Positions 31,429 to 32,000 of a DNA stretch of 32,000 nucleotides are shown one piece after another. A program made the position numbers and the translations under genes. The number at the start of each line of letters is the position of its first letter. The stretch's first letter is position 1. This DNA comes from Aliivibrio fischeri ES114 (GTDB lineage Bacteria; Pseudomonadota; Gammaproteobacteria; Enterobacterales; Vibrionaceae), in NCBI RefSeq assembly GCF_000011805.1, contig NC_006840.2; one strand, given 5' to 3'. The notes under the pieces were generated by a model. The model did not search any database. It was not told where the DNA came from and saw only the letters and a program-made list of their open reading frames with translations.

Positions 31429-32000
31429 ATGAAATCTCGAACTTTATTTAATTCCACGCCTTTATTCGGCTATATCGTTGCAGCCATTATTCTCTGCTTC
31501 GTTGGTGGTGCAATTAGTGCGCTTTTAATCGAATCTCCGAGTTTAGATTTACGTATTATTTGGTCTGATCCTTATTACCGCTACATCACTCAATTTAGTT
31601 TATACCAAGCATTTTTATCAACCATAATCAGTATTGGTTTGGCTATACCAACAGCCTATGCTTTATCTCGCCGTCAATTTATTGGGCGTGGATTATTACT
31701 AAAACTCTGTGCAACGACGTTAGTATTACCAGTGCTTGTGGGGGTTTTTGGTTTATTAGCTATTTATGGGAACAGTGGATTAATCGCTGATGTTTTTACT
31801 TGGTTTGGCGCATCGTTACCATTTTCGATTTATGGCCTAAATGGCATTTTATTGGCTCATGTTTTTTTTAATTTCCCTTTTGCAACTCGGCTGTTACTGC
31901 AATCATTAGATTCTATTTCCATTGAACAACATCAGTTATCTGCACACCTTGGATTAATGGGGTGGAGTAAGTATCGTCTTGTTGCATGGCCGAGAATAAA
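31429..32000 (+). CDS. thiP: Thiamine ABC transporter permease, N-terminal part; gene continues past the window end
   Basis: Hand translation gives MKSRTLFNSTPLFGYIVAAIILCFVGG...LSRRQFIGRGLLLKLCATTLVLPVLVGVFGLLAIYG...LNGILLAHVFFNFPFATRLLLQSL..., collinear with E. coli ThiP. The frame stays open to nt 32000. Confidence 0.85.
   Translation, partial: MKSRTLFNSTPLFGYIVAAIILCFVGGAISALLIESPSLDLRIIWSDPYYRYITQFSLYQAFLSTIISIGLAIPTAYALSRRQFIGRGLLLKLCATTLVLPVLVGVFGLLAIYGNSGLIADVFTWFGASLPFSIYGLNGILLAHVFFNFPFATRLLLQSLDSISIEQHQLSAHLGLMGWSKYRLVAWPRI

Overview
This window is core genome from a gammaproteobacterium. Protein sequences and gene order suggest Vibrionaceae, but that is an inference I could not check by search. 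The layout matches the E. coli 74-min region. It runs: yheS' (minus) | kefG-kefB, yheV, slyD (plus) | slyX and a WD40 lipoprotein (minus) | fkpA, yheO-tusD-tusC-tusB (plus). These are followed by four contiguous ribosomal operons on the plus strand: str (rpsL-rpsG-fusA-tufA), S10 (rpsJ to rpsQ, 11 genes), spc (rplN to rpmJ, 12 genes) and alpha (rpsM-rpsK-rpsD-rpoA-rplQ). The window ends with fbp (minus) | mpl-ubiX (plus) and a TPP riboswitch ahead of thiB-thiP'. I call 49 CDS; two of them, rpmD and rpmJ, are too short for the ORF track and were found by eye. I also call promoters, intrinsic terminators, two r-protein leaders and one riboswitch. I saw no tRNA or rRNA genes, CRISPR arrays, transposases, integrases, defence cassettes or compositionally foreign islands. 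I do not find a convincing novel system here; this looks like an ordinary, highly conserved region. The points worth a second look are small-scale. (1) slyD switches reading frame inside its His/Cys tail. (2) An imperfect palindrome of about 170 bp, rich in CGAG/CTCG, fills the slyD/slyX convergent gap. (3) The WD40 lipoprotein gene is coupled to slyX through a TAATG overlap. (4) A 19-bp tandem duplication spans the tusD stop codon. (5) A strong terminator-like hairpin sits inside the str operon between rpsG and fusA. (6) EF-G carries Leu where a near-universal domain IV His is expected. (7) A 1-nt insertion rewrites the last residues of L5. (8) The S10 leader is unusually long. (9) A candidate alpha-operon promoter has its -10 hexamer in the loop of the spc terminator hairpin. 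Items 1, 6 and 7 together may simply indicate sequence errors.
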